Origin: Elusimicrobiota bacterium
GTDB taxonomy: Bacteria; Elusimicrobiota; Elusimicrobia; F11
Assembly (NCBI GenBank): GCA_046153645.1
Contig: JBJXGI010000023.1
Location: 1 to 25,716 of the forward strand
DNA length: 25,716 nt
Direction: 5' to 3'
Within the stretch, counting starts at the first letter, position 1. Every line of letters begins with the position of its first letter. Below, piece by piece: positions 16,413-25,714 of the stretch. The translations under genes and the position numbers were made by a program. The notes under the pieces were generated by a model, which was not told the DNA's origin, made no database searches, and was given only the letters and a program-made list of their open reading frames with translations.

Positions 16413-18218
16413 TTATTGATGGAAAAACAAACCTTCAATAACAATAACCACAAACATCAACACAAAAATACTCAAAATAAGCGGCGTTATCGCTTTCATC
16501 CATTGGAACGGTGTATAGTTTTTATTCACTTCTTTTTGAATAAAGGCATAAGCCAAAACCGATTGAGCCGAACCAATATGAGTCCAACATCCCCCCGCGG
16601 CATAACCTGCTATTTGTGACATAGAAAACAAATGAAGAACTCCGATATCCAAACCATGAAGCGCACGACTTGCAAAATCAGCAACGATATTATTATCTAA
16701 TAATGCTGATAAAAACGCGGCGGCGGCAAACTGAATATAAGCAACCAAAGTCACACCAATCCGCTCAATCCCTGAATGAAGTAGCTCTGAAAGAACGTTA
16801 AAAAAACCTGTTTTCTGAAGAAGTGTTATCGATAAAAAAAGAGGGAATAAAAACAAGTACTCTTTATATTCATGAATCGCTTCACGAAATGCTAAGGCTT
16901 TTGTTTTAGGAATATTATAAATACCAAAAAGAGCCACAAAAAAACCTGCAAAAGAAGCTAAGAAGAGAGGAATATTATGGTTTATCGCATGCGCGATTAA
17001 AAGACCGATAAAGGGGATAAACGAAAACCAAGCAATTTTCTGTGCATAAGACCTTTTTACCGATACATGATCTAACAAAGTTGAAATTTTCCCAATGGTG
17101 TTATCTCTTTCATGATGAGCCATCGACTGATAATGTTCATCCAAGACTGTGGCTACTTTTTCATCTACAAATTTTCCAACCAGTTCTAAACGCAAATTTC
17201 GAGGAACATTTTCGTTAACTAAAGCTTCTCCAAAGGGTTCCCCTTTTTGCAAACGTTGAATAATAGGAGAAAAATGATTCCCCAACTGAGATACATGTTC
17301 TTCTGTAAACTCTATAGCAGTTAAAACTTCACCGTGGCGCATGGCCTGTAAAAAACGAACATCGGCTGTATGAATATCCAAAACATCCATTGTGTTTAAA
17401 TTCACTGTTTTTCCTTTCAATTTTTTACGAATACTGAAATAAACCAAAAAATAAGTCCCGATAGCCGCTGGTAAACAATAACGTAAGAAAAAAGCGTTAT
17501 CTAAATGAGGATGCAAATTGGCTTTCATAATGAGATTTGGCGGTTCTCCATAAGCCAACCACATACCACAAACAGTCGTTATAATAGTCGAAACAATGAC
17601 CGCGTAAATAATTGATTCTTCTTGTGCTTTTGCCAAAAACAGAATAATAACCAAGGTTCGAATCATAAGACCAATCATCGAAACACCGTCCAAAATTCCG
17701 GAGGAAAAGGCCACAATGGCTGTTAGCGCTGCCACAGTAGGAACAACACTCCCTTTGTATCTCTTTAGAATATTAAAACTGAGTGTTTCTAAAATTCGAG
17801 TTTGCGCCACAACCGCCACAAAAAAAGTAAGACCCAAAATAAAAAGCATGGTATCAGCATGAAAAAGTTTATCTAAGCCATGCAGGGTTAAAAAGTAATG
17901 CTGAAAAAAATGCCACAGGGAAGAGAGCCCTTCGGTTTGAATAGATTCTTTGAGATTTGACTTAATCCACCAGGATTCCCAAAAAGTAGCCACAATAATG
18001 AGCCCAGCCCCATAGGTAAGTGCGTTTTTATCAAGCCGGTATTTAATTGAGCCTAAAATGAAAAGTGAAATAATGGTTAAAAAAACTTCCAGCGCAACAA
18101 CCCAGCCCGGAAGAGGATTAATCTTCCCTATAACCCAAATAAGAATGGAAACAAATAAACATCCCCATAAAAACTTTTTAGGAGACAATTCAATAATTTC
18201 TTGCGCTTGCGAACTCAT
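16413..18218 (-). CDS. Ion transporter (IT) superfamily permease, NhaB/NhaD/ArsB/SLC13-like
   Basis: Polytopic membrane protein with FSSGILDG, GEPPNLIM, LSALLDN and GGCWTHIGSAQ motifs. RBS GGAGGGGAG. The substrate cannot be determined from the sequence. Confidence 0.78.
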   Translation of the reverse strand: MSSQAQEIIELSPKKFLWGCLFVSILIWVIGKINPLPGWVVALEVFLTIISLFILGSIKYRLDKNALTYGAGLIIVATFWESWWIKSNLKESIQTEGLSSLWHFFQHYFLTLHGLDKLFHADTMLFILGLTFFVAVVAQTRILETLSFNILKRYKGSVVPTVAALTAIVAFSSGILDGVSMIGLMIRTLVIILFLAKAQEESIIYAVIVSTIITTVCGMWLAYGEPPNLIMKANLHPHLDNAFFLRYCLPAAIGTYFLVYFSIRKKLKGKTVNLNTMDVLDIHTADVRFLQAMRHGEVLTAIEFTEEHVSQLGNHFSPIIQRLQKGEPFGEALVNENVPRNLRLELVGKFVDEKVATVLDEHYQSMAHHERDNTIGKISTLLDHVSVKRSYAQKIAWFSFIPFIGLLIAHAINHNIPLFLASFAGFFVALFGIYNIPKTKALAFREAIHEYKEYLFLFPLFLSITLLQKTGFFNVLSELLHSGIERIGVTLVAYIQFAAAAFLSALLDNNIVADFASRALHGLDIGVLHLFSMSQIAGYAAGGCWTHIGSAQSVLAYAFIQKEVNKNYTPFQWMKAITPLILSIFVLMFVVIVIEGLFFHQ

Positions 18219-18231
18219 AACTCCCCTCCAT

Positions 18232-18270
18232 AAAATAAAAAAGCCAGATCAAAAAATCATGATCTGGCTT
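18232..18270 (-). terminator. Intrinsic terminator between dps and the ion transporter RBS
   Basis: AAGCCAGATC, 10 nt loop, GATCTGGCTT form a perfect 10-bp stem, followed on the minus strand by TTTTATTTT. Confidence 0.8.
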
Positions 18271-18330
18271 CGTTGCCGATGAACGGACTTATTCTAAATA
18301 ATTAAAGTTAAGAATAACAACAATAAAACC

Positions 18331-18798
18331 TTACTTTAACAAACTTCGTAACATCCATGCTGTTTTTTCATGGAGCTGCATTCGCTGAGTTAACAAATCC
18401 ATTGTGGATTGATCATTTACCTCTTCAGCAGCTGGAAATATAGATCTAGCTGTTTTGACAACAGCTTCTTGACCTTCCACCAATTGCCGAATCATTTCTT
18501 TGGCTTCCACAGAACCGTCAGATTCTTTAATAGAAGTTAATTTAGAAAATTCTTTGTAAGACCCAGGAGCAACAAAACCGAGCGCTCTTATTCTCTCAGC
18601 GATAAGATCAACAGCCAATGCCAATTCGTTGTACTGAGTTTCAAACATTAAGTGTAGAGTTTGAAACATAGGGCCTTCTACATTCCAATGAAAATTATGC
18701 GTTTTTAAATACAATGTATAAGAATCCGCTAATAAATTTGAAAGTCCCGCGGCAATTTTTTTTCGATCCTTTTCTTCAATTCCAATATCTATAGCCAT
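18331..18798 (-). CDS. dps: Dps (DNA-binding ferritin-like protein)
   Basis: Motifs [29 protein letters not shown] and HEKTAWML. The start is set at MAIDIG (18798), behind a GGAGG RBS. Confidence 0.95.
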   Translation of the reverse strand: MAIDIGIEEKDRKKIAAGLSNLLADSYTLYLKTHNFHWNVEGPMFQTLHLMFETQYNELALAVDLIAERIRALGFVAPGSYKEFSKLTSIKESDGSVEAKEMIRQLVEGQEAVVKTARSIFPAAEEVNDQSTMDLLTQRMQLHEKTAWMLRSLLK

Positions 18799-18858
18799 AA
18801 AAGCCTCCCTTAACAAATCTTAGAGTCTGATTAAACCATGTTTTTTTAAAAAAGTTTC

Positions 18859-18905
18859 AAAGGAATATTATTTCCTTTTGTCGAATGATAGAATCAATTT
18901 AAATT
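18859..18905 (+). promoter_or_regulatory. Putative extended -10 promoter and inverted repeat in the dps / lipoprotein divergent region
   Basis: TGaTAGAAT at 18886-18894 lies 11 nt before the ATG, and there is no Shine-Dalgarno. Inverted repeat AAAGGAA-N6-TTCCTTT at 18859-18878. Confidence 0.4.
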
Positions 18906-19556
18906 ATGAAACTAAAAAATTACTTATTGTTACTATCTGGAATTTTGCTGTCTGCTTGCCAGCAACAAAATTCAATACAAACATATCGACTAGCCAAAGA
19001 ACAGAAATCCCTCCCGCCTCCAATGGAAAACCAAGCACCTACGAATATGCCAGCGGCTCCCATGAACAAAAATGAAATGAAACCTCTTCCCGGTATGGCA
19101 CCAGCGGCATCAACAAAAGATATTGAATGGAAAACCCCATCCGGCTGGCAGGAACAAACGCCTTCGTCCATGAGAGTAGGAAGCTTCCTTATTAATGGCG
19201 ACAATGGGCAACAAGCCGATGTTTCCATTGTCCCTCTTTCAGGCATGGCTGGCGGAGACTTGGCCAATATCAATCGATGGCGAGACCAAATCGACCTTCC
19301 CCCTTTAACAGAAGCACAATTACAAAATAATATTCAAACTCTTAAAATGAATGGTCAATCCATTTCCTTAGTTGATTTCGTGAGTGAAAAACTTTTGATT
19401 GATGGAAAACATAAAAAACGAGTCATTGCCGCTACCTTACCCCAAGGTGAACGAACTTGGTTTTTCAAAATGATGGGTGAAGATAAAACAGTTCAACAAG
19501 CAAAACAACAGTTCATCCAGTTCCTTTCAGATATTCGCCTAAAAAATGGAAAATAA
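18906..19556 (+). CDS. Uncharacterised lipoprotein coupled to the ResB/CcsA genes
   Basis: Lipobox LSA-C18 and a Met/Pro-rich linker precede a globular domain (WKTPSGW, MRVGSF, GGDLANINRWRDQI, TWFFKMMG). It overlaps the next gene. Confidence 0.75.
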   Translation: MKLKNYLLLLSGILLSACQQQNSIQTYRLAKEQKSLPPPMENQAPTNMPAAPMNKNEMKPLPGMAPAASTKDIEWKTPSGWQEQTPSSMRVGSFLINGDNGQQADVSIVPLSGMAGGDLANINRWRDQIDLPPLTEAQLQNNIQTLKMNGQSISLVDFVSEKLLIDGKHKKRVIAATLPQGERTWFFKMMGEDKTVQQAKQQFIQFLSDIRLKNGK

Positions 19557-20673
19557 AATACTCAAGGCATTGGCCTCTCTTCGCGTGGCCCTTTCGTGTA
19601 TGGGGCTTTCTATTATTTTGGTTTTCTGGGGCACACTTGCACAAGTGCAATTAGGAACATATAACGCTCAAAAAGTTTTTTTTGATAGTTTTGTTGTATT
19701 TCAAAAAATAGGACATGTAAACGTTCCTGTTTTCCCTGGTGGACTTAGTATTGGTTTTTTATGGCTGTTGAACCTTTCGGCGGCATTTATTGTCCGGTTT
19801 CGCCCCACAACAAACAAAATGGGCCTTTTTATTTCACATGCGGGGCTTATTTTGCTTTTGGCAGGTCAACTTTTGACCCAACTTTACTCTATTGAAACTC
19901 AGCTTCCTATTCAAGTGGGGCAATCTCTCAATTATTCAGAGAGTTCGCGAGACACAGAACTCATTGTTATTGATCAATCAGATCCAGAGTTTGATGAAGT
20001 GACAAGTATTCCCATTTCAATTGTTCAAAAAAAAGGGGTTATTCGTCCCCCCTTATTACCATTCGAGTTAATGGTAAAAGAATTTTTCCATAACTCAGAA
20101 CTGACCATCGCAACTCAAGATGAAACACAAGCCAATTTAAAAGGAATAGGAAACCGAATCAAAGCACTTCCCCTTCCTCCTGTAACAACAGACGACCAAC
20201 CCAACACTGTTACCGCATTCATCGAAATTATTTCTCAAGAGGAAAACCTGGGAACGTGGCTTGTTTCATCAGGGTTAGGAGCACCACAAATTTTTAACGT
20301 GGGAGGAAAAACATATGAGATTCGCATTCAACATCGACGAACCTACGTTCCCTTCACACTCACATTAAAAGAATTTAATCACGACCTTTACCCAGGAACC
20401 AACATCCCTAAAAACTTTTCGAGCCTGGTTCAGTTAACGCATCCTGAAAAAAATGAAAAGCGCGATGTTTTAATTTACATGAATCATCCATTGAGATATG
20501 AAGGAAAAACGTTTTACCAGGCCAGCTTTGGGAACAATAACACTCTTTCTGTTTTTCAAGTTGTGGAAAACCCTTTCGCGCCAAGCCCGTATATCGCCTG
20601 TGGTTTAATGGCCTTAGGAATGGCTTTTCATTTTTTAATGACGCTAAGAAAATTTCTTAAGGAACCTCGATGA
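19546..20673 (+). CDS. Cytochrome c biogenesis system II ResB/CcsB-like protein
   Basis: Three N-terminal TMs with SHAGLILLLAG (conserved His), a large periplasmic domain, PKNFSS, IYMNHPLRYEGKTFYQASF and a C-terminal TM. Confidence 0.82.
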   Translation: MENKILKALASLRVALSCMGLSIILVFWGTLAQVQLGTYNAQKVFFDSFVVFQKIGHVNVPVFPGGLSIGFLWLLNLSAAFIVRFRPTTNKMGLFISHAGLILLLAGQLLTQLYSIETQLPIQVGQSLNYSESSRDTELIVIDQSDPEFDEVTSIPISIVQKKGVIRPPLLPFELMVKEFFHNSELTIATQDETQANLKGIGNRIKALPLPPVTTDDQPNTVTAFIEIISQEENLGTWLVSSGLGAPQIFNVGGKTYEIRIQHRRTYVPFTLTLKEFNHDLYPGTNIPKNFSSLVQLTHPEKNEKRDVLIYMNHPLRYEGKTFYQASFGNNNTLSVFQVVENPFAPSPYIACGLMALGMAFHFLMTLRKFLKEPR

Positions 20674-22421
20674 AAAAAAAATTAATTCATCATTGGCCCT
20701 GGGCTGTTGTTTCTTTTTTCATTATTTTCATTCTCTTTTCATTTAAATCGCCTCATCACAAATCTGACTTTCATATCGAAAATTTTGGAACACTTCCCGT
20801 TCTTCATGGCGGACGAATAAAACCGATCGATACCGTGGCACGGGTTTCGCTTTTATTGATTCATGGAAAACAATCCGTTAAATTTAACAATAAAAAAATA
20901 AGCGCACTTGAATGGGTCCTTAACCTTTCATTTCGCCCACAAGAGGCCGATCGTGTCCCTGTTTTTCGAATTGATGACCCCGATGTCTTAGGACTCATTC
21001 ATAAAGAGCAAAGAAGCCCACCCAACTATTCTTTTTCAGAAATAACCCCAGCTTACCGGGACATTGAAAGCGAAGCTGGCAATGCCGAACCAATAAAACC
21101 GGAAATTCGAACGGCTTATCAAAAATCAATTATTCAATTGCACAACAAACTCATTCTTTATCAAAAATTACAAAACACACTGGCGAATTCTGACATCAAT
21201 CATTTTGTTCATTTTTTAACCACTCGAATAAAAGACGACGAATTACACCGTTTCACTCATTTCAAATTTCTCTCTCAAGTGGCTGAATTTTTCCCCATCC
21301 CCGAAATGACAGAAAAGACCCTTTGGACCAGTATTGGACAGAGTTTGTTAAACCAAGGAAACAATAACGATTTTCATCCGAGTGTCATGGCTTTTGCCAA
21401 GATGGGGGACGCCTACCGGCAATCGAATGCCATTGAATTTAATAACGCTCTCTTAGAACATCAAAAATGGATTACCAACAAAGCACCGCAGGAAGTTTCT
21501 CTTGCAAAAAAAGAAATCATTTTTAACCGCGTTCAACCTTTCATGAAAAGCCTGATCATCTATTTAATCGCTGGCCTCTTTATTTTTGTGTCATGGCTTA
21601 AACGGTCGAACAACTGGCTCAAAACAGCTCATAGACTCGTGGTCCTGGCTGTTTTTGTTCACAGTATAGGGCTTATCACAAGGATGATTCTTCAAGGACG
21701 CCCTCCAGTAACAAACTTATATTCTTCCGCTATATTTGTCGGATGGGTCGCGGTTTTATTGGGCCTCATCCTCGAAAAAATATATCGCAACAGCGCGGGG
21801 TTACTGGTATCAACCACAATTGGTTTTTTAACGATGATTATTGCTCATCATCTCGCCAACACAGGAGACACATTAGAAATGATGCGTGCCGTTCTTGATA
21901 CTAATTTTTGGTTGGCCACTCATGTGGTGACGGTGACAATCGGGTACAGTTCCACATTTCTTTCAGGTTTTTTAGCCATTATCATTATCCTGCGCCGTTT
22001 TTTTCAACGAGATTGGCCTAAAACCGAACAAAAGGCAATTGAATCCATGATCTTTGGAGTCATATGTTTCAGCACATTTTTCAGTTTTATTGGAACCATT
22101 CTTGGTGGAATTTGGGCGGATCAATCCTGGGGACGTTTTTGGGGATGGGACCCAAAAGAAAATGGCGCGCTTCTCATTGTATTATGGAACGCTTTTATTT
22201 TACACGCGAGAAAACTGGGGATCACAAAAGGCATGCGGTTAATGAACCTTTCGATCGTTGGCAATATCATCACAGCTTTTTCTTGGTTTGGTGTTAACAT
22301 GCTCGGCATCGGGCTTCATTCTTATGGGTTCATGGACAAAGCATTTAGCTGGCTCGTCATTTTCACCATTTCTCAAGCTATTGTTATTGGGATGGGGCTT
22401 CACTTAGAAAAGGGAAAATAG
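20670..22421 (+). CDS. ccsA: Cytochrome c biogenesis system II heme transporter/lyase CcsA/ResC with extra N-terminal periplasmic domain
   Basis: WWD motif GGIWADQSWGRFWGWDPKE, plus WLATHV, GLHSYG, PPVTNLY and N-terminal GRIKPIDT. Confidence 0.92.
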   Translation: MKKKLIHHWPWAVVSFFIIFILFSFKSPHHKSDFHIENFGTLPVLHGGRIKPIDTVARVSLLLIHGKQSVKFNNKKISALEWVLNLSFRPQEADRVPVFRIDDPDVLGLIHKEQRSPPNYSFSEITPAYRDIESEAGNAEPIKPEIRTAYQKSIIQLHNKLILYQKLQNTLANSDINHFVHFLTTRIKDDELHRFTHFKFLSQVAEFFPIPEMTEKTLWTSIGQSLLNQGNNNDFHPSVMAFAKMGDAYRQSNAIEFNNALLEHQKWITNKAPQEVSLAKKEIIFNRVQPFMKSLIIYLIAGLFIFVSWLKRSNNWLKTAHRLVVLAVFVHSIGLITRMILQGRPPVTNLYSSAIFVGWVAVLLGLILEKIYRNSAGLLVSTTIGFLTMIIAHHLANTGDTLEMMRAVLDTNFWLATHVVTVTIGYSSTFLSGFLAIIIILRRFFQRDWPKTEQKAIESMIFGVICFSTFFSFIGTILGGIWADQSWGRFWGWDPKENGALLIVLWNAFILHARKLGITKGMRLMNLSIVGNIITAFSWFGVNMLGIGLHSYGFMDKAFSWLVIFTISQAIVIGMGLHLEKGK

Positions 22422-22465
22422 ATATATAACCTTGCCACACGACTCACGACAAACTTGCGACAGAA

Positions 22466-25400
22466 CTATGCGTGCCGCCACGCAGCGGTGGCCACACGGA
22501 GAATATTAATAACACCTAAAGAACCAACAGCCGGCATTCCTTGAGTCCACGCATCTAAAGGCGACCAGTCAAAACCAAGGCTTTCAAGTTCTGCTTTTAA
22601 CAAATTTAACTCTACCAAATCAGATGTGTTTTCTAATGCAGAAAGGGCAGCCCCTCCCGCGGTGAGTGCGACAAAATGAGATTGAATCAGGTTATACTTC
22701 GACGCTATTTCTTTTAACTTGGCCAATTCAATTTCATTTTCCTTGTTAAAGAGACCATCCGTATCATGAATAAATGCCTCACCAGGTAAAACATCTTTTA
22801 GCTTTTCCGAATAAAACTGAGAATCTTTCGCCACAACAAGTATTTTTTTATCCTTTGGCAATTTTTGGCGAAGTTCTTTTATTCGAGCAACCTCTTCATC
22901 TGAGTTTTCCCCAACCAACACAAATGCGTCATTATTGGGAATACCTTCCCCTTGAGATAATGACAAGGCCCAAACACCATTTAACAAATCACTCCAAGAA
23001 ACATTTGCAGGAACAACGCGACCCTCTAATTCCTTATCAAATTCCGTTAAAAATTTATCCATTTGTTCTGGTGAAAAGTTGACCAGTAAAACCCCATTTG
23101 ATTTCATTTCCGATAACTTCTGCCAGTGATTTCCAAGAATGGCATTCATATTTTCAAGGAATACTTTGGAATTAACATCACCTGGAACGTCTTTCTTTTT
23201 TTCACGGCGTTCTTTTTCATTGAGAAGATAGAACAATAAATCGGAATCTTTATTTTGTTTAACTAACTTAGAAAGCTCAATTAGTTTTTCCAAGGTACTG
23301 TTTGGAACACTTTTTAAGGGTTCTCTGATATCACCCTTCAACCACCACTCGGTGCGGGCCAGTTCAAAATTAATTTCTTTATATTCTCTTGGTGAGAGCG
23401 CCGCCAACTGCTCAAAAATATCCAGAGCAGCGATTAACCTTTGCGGGTCACTATTAAAAAGTTTATCTAAGAGTATTTTTTCACGTGCCAATTTTTCTTT
23501 TACCGCTTTTTCAGAGGCCAACTGAATTTTTTTAACAAACCAACCTGGAAGCCGCTGACTGGCCTGAGCTGTTTTCATCCCAGAAAATCTCCTTAAATCG
23601 GCCTCAGGCAATTGAAGGAAATACTTTTCACCTAGATCATTATCTAACAACTCTTTAAGCGGCCCTTCATACTGAAAAAAATCATCCCTGGATATTTGAG
23701 TCATCTTATTAAAGAAGTGCGGATCATTTTTGTATCTATCAACATTATTAATTAGAATTAAACCTTCTAACCTTAACAGATACTCTAAATAAACCATTTC
23801 TCTTTTATCGTTATCTTCAGATTTTATGTCACCCTGATTAACAAGAAAGCCAGAAAAATTTTTCACATCATCCAAATCTTTTTCGGTAAATACACTTTTT
23901 AATTTTTCAATAAATCGCAGAGACTCTTCAGGAAATTTCGCATAACGACTCCAGATTTCTTCTCTCAAAGCAGTGTGATTTGGGGCGCCTAAAAGCACGG
24001 CATATTTAAAATCCTCAAATTCTTTCTCTTCTCCGTCTTTAAAAGTTCCTATTGTTGATGAAGGAAAAAGATTTATCATTTTACTAGGCGAAAGCGGATC
24101 TTTCATAGGGCGAACCATTCCCATCCAATGTGACACATAGGGGGCCATTAAAATCATCCCAAGTGAAAAAGCGGCAAGAACATTCTTCATGAAATGAATT
24201 CTGGTTTCGCGCTTAGAAAAGAACTCAACTTTTTTAGTCAATAACCAAAGAAATATATCTTTAAATAAAATGGCAAGCCCAACCCAAATTGCGATATCAG
24301 CAATATTGGGGTACCCACCAAACACAAAAAGCGGATCCAAAGCCCCCTGCCAAACATAAGATTCAGAACTATTCGCAAGTCCTCCTGCAATAATCAAAGC
24401 CAAAGCTGAAGGCACGCGAAACTTTCGACTCAAAAGAAAAATAATCACCGCTAAACTTTGATAAACAATAACGCGGCCTATCACCGCTGGAACAACATGA
24501 AGCAACACATTCCCCTCGAGAACATAAAGGGCTAAAAATTTCATCCCCCAATCCAAAAGAGGAACCCCTATTAAAATTAATAAAACAGGTAACTGATTAA
24601 AAATCTTGAGCGGTTCATCTTCAGGTGTTTGTCTATTTAACCTCGCATAAATGACGGAGAGCGGAATAGCCAGAAACGCTCCAACGATGTGTTCTGTTGA
24701 CTCCACGAATGAATTAGCCCAGATATTTAAAACATGAAGTATGCCGGAAATAAAAAACCCAAAAAAGACCAAAGAAATATAACCATGAGAAAAAACATCT
24801 TTCATTGAGGGCTTTTTCCACACAGAAGTTCCCTTCATAAAAAATCCCTTTGTCACGATCAAAACAACAAATCCAAACAGAAACCCCGCAAAAGAAAGAA
24901 GAACCGAGTTATAGCTCTTGTTATTTTCAAGCAGACTTTCTTGAGCCAAAACAGATCGCCAATCATAAGTCGTAGAAAATAAAACCGCAAAAAATATGGG
25001 AACAAGAGAAATAACAACAGAAACCCAAGAAGATATGATTGTGGGGTTATTTTTAAACCGATTTTTCATTCCATGAAGAGTCCCTCCCACCAAAATCCCC
25101 AATCCGATGAGGACCCACCCCGTCCACAGGCCAACACTGCTTTGAGAAAGAAAAAGGAACCCCACACCAGGAAGCGCAAATATCAAACCAAAAAATGCTG
25201 ACATCGCTGTTTTTGTAGCGGCGCGGGCGACTTCCGTATTATTTTTTGATTCAGGGATTTCTAAGACACCGAAACGAAGGTGGAAGAAGTTAAAAACTTT
25301 AAAGGTGAGATAAACAAAAATGGCGGTATAAATGAGAATAAAGGGAACCACTAACCACAGAGAAAAAGCAGGAGGCGCTGTGGCCAAATGCCCATTGAGC

Positions 25401-25714
25401 GCCAAAAGCTTCCAAACACTCCAAAATACAGGAAGAACACTAAAAGAAAGAATGGTAATAACGCCCTCAAAAAAACCAACCCCACCCAAACCCGCTATTT
25501 TTTTGATACCTCGATTTATTTTTGAATTAATGGCGCCCGGCGTTTCCGCTGGTTGCTGGGTGATGAAGCGACTGGGGGCTAACGGGTTATTGGGGTCATC
25601 GGCTGTATCAAAAAGAAGTTGGGCGATGTTGTGACCTTTGAGGCGGGCGGCGGGGAATGAAACAGCAGAGAGAATTTTTAAACATTGACCGGAGGCGGCG
25701 TCCCAGATGCGAGT
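22466..25714 (-). CDS. C-terminal part (>1080 aa) of a large multidomain membrane protein: WD40 repeat end, multi-TM region with LspA-like domain, soluble tail
   Basis: The frame is open from the window end (25714): TRIWDAASGQCLKIL...KKIAGLGGVGFF. The ORF-track TTG start at 25489 is therefore probably internal. About a dozen hydrophobic segments follow, then about 550 aa of charged helical sequence. Confidence 0.8.
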   Translation of the reverse strand, partial: TRIWDAASGQCLKILSAVSFPAARLKGHNIAQLLFDTADDPNNPLAPSRFITQQPAETPGAINSKINRGIKKIAGLGGVGFFEGVITILSFSVLPVFWSVWKLLALNGHLATAPPAFSLWLVVPFILIYTAIFVYLTFKVFNFFHLRFGVLEIPESKNNTEVARAATKTAMSAFFGLIFALPGVGFLFLSQSSVGLWTGWVLIGLGILVGGTLHGMKNRFKNNPTIISSWVSVVISLVPIFFAVLFSTTYDWRSVLAQESLLENNKSYNSVLLSFAGFLFGFVVLIVTKGFFMKGTSVWKKPSMKDVFSHGYISLVFFGFFISGILHVLNIWANSFVESTEHIVGAFLAIPLSVIYARLNRQTPEDEPLKIFNQLPVLLILIGVPLLDWGMKFLALYVLEGNVLLHVVPAVIGRVIVYQSLAVIIFLLSRKFRVPSALALIIAGGLANSSESYVWQGALDPLFVFGGYPNIADIAIWVGLAILFKDIFLWLLTKKVEFFSKRETRIHFMKNVLAAFSLGMILMAPYVSHWMGMVRPMKDPLSPSKMINLFPSSTIGTFKDGEEKEFEDFKYAVLLGAPNHTALREEIWSRYAKFPEESLRFIEKLKSVFTEKDLDDVKNFSGFLVNQGDIKSEDNDKREMVYLEYLLRLEGLILINNVDRYKNDPHFFNKMTQISRDDFFQYEGPLKELLDNDLGEKYFLQLPEADLRRFSGMKTAQASQRLPGWFVKKIQLASEKAVKEKLAREKILLDKLFNSDPQRLIAALDIFEQLAALSPREYKEINFELARTEWWLKGDIREPLKSVPNSTLEKLIELSKLVKQNKDSDLLFYLLNEKERREKKKDVPGDVNSKVFLENMNAILGNHWQKLSEMKSNGVLLVNFSPEQMDKFLTEFDKELEGRVVPANVSWSDLLNGVWALSLSQGEGIPNNDAFVLVGENSDEEVARIKELRQKLPKDKKILVVAKDSQFYSEKLKDVLPGEAFIHDTDGLFNKENEIELAKLKEIASKYNLIQSHFVALTAGGAALSALENTSDLVELNLLKAELESLGFDWSPLDAWTQGMPAVGSLGVINILRVATAAWRHA

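Noticed and set aside
18219..18290. Assignment of the transporter leader to a known riboswitch (yybP-ykoY, fluoride, guanidine, nhaA-I, c-di-GMP)
   Set aside because: I could not match the full consensus of any of these by eye, and the GGGGAG here is the RBS. It is kept only as an unclassified candidate.
18799..18816. ORF-track start of dps at 18816 (MLREAF)
   Set aside because: These codons contain the GGAGG RBS for the ATG at 18798.
22436..22463. Three CGAC-containing short repeats between ccsA and the giant gene
   Set aside because: They are too short and irregular to distinguish from chance and form no stable hairpin.
4033..25634. Many 60-117 aa antisense or alternative-frame ORFs inside the GH57, malQ, cstA, RND, ccsA and giant-protein genes
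   Set aside because: They are shadows of well-supported genes, with no independent motifs or translation signals.
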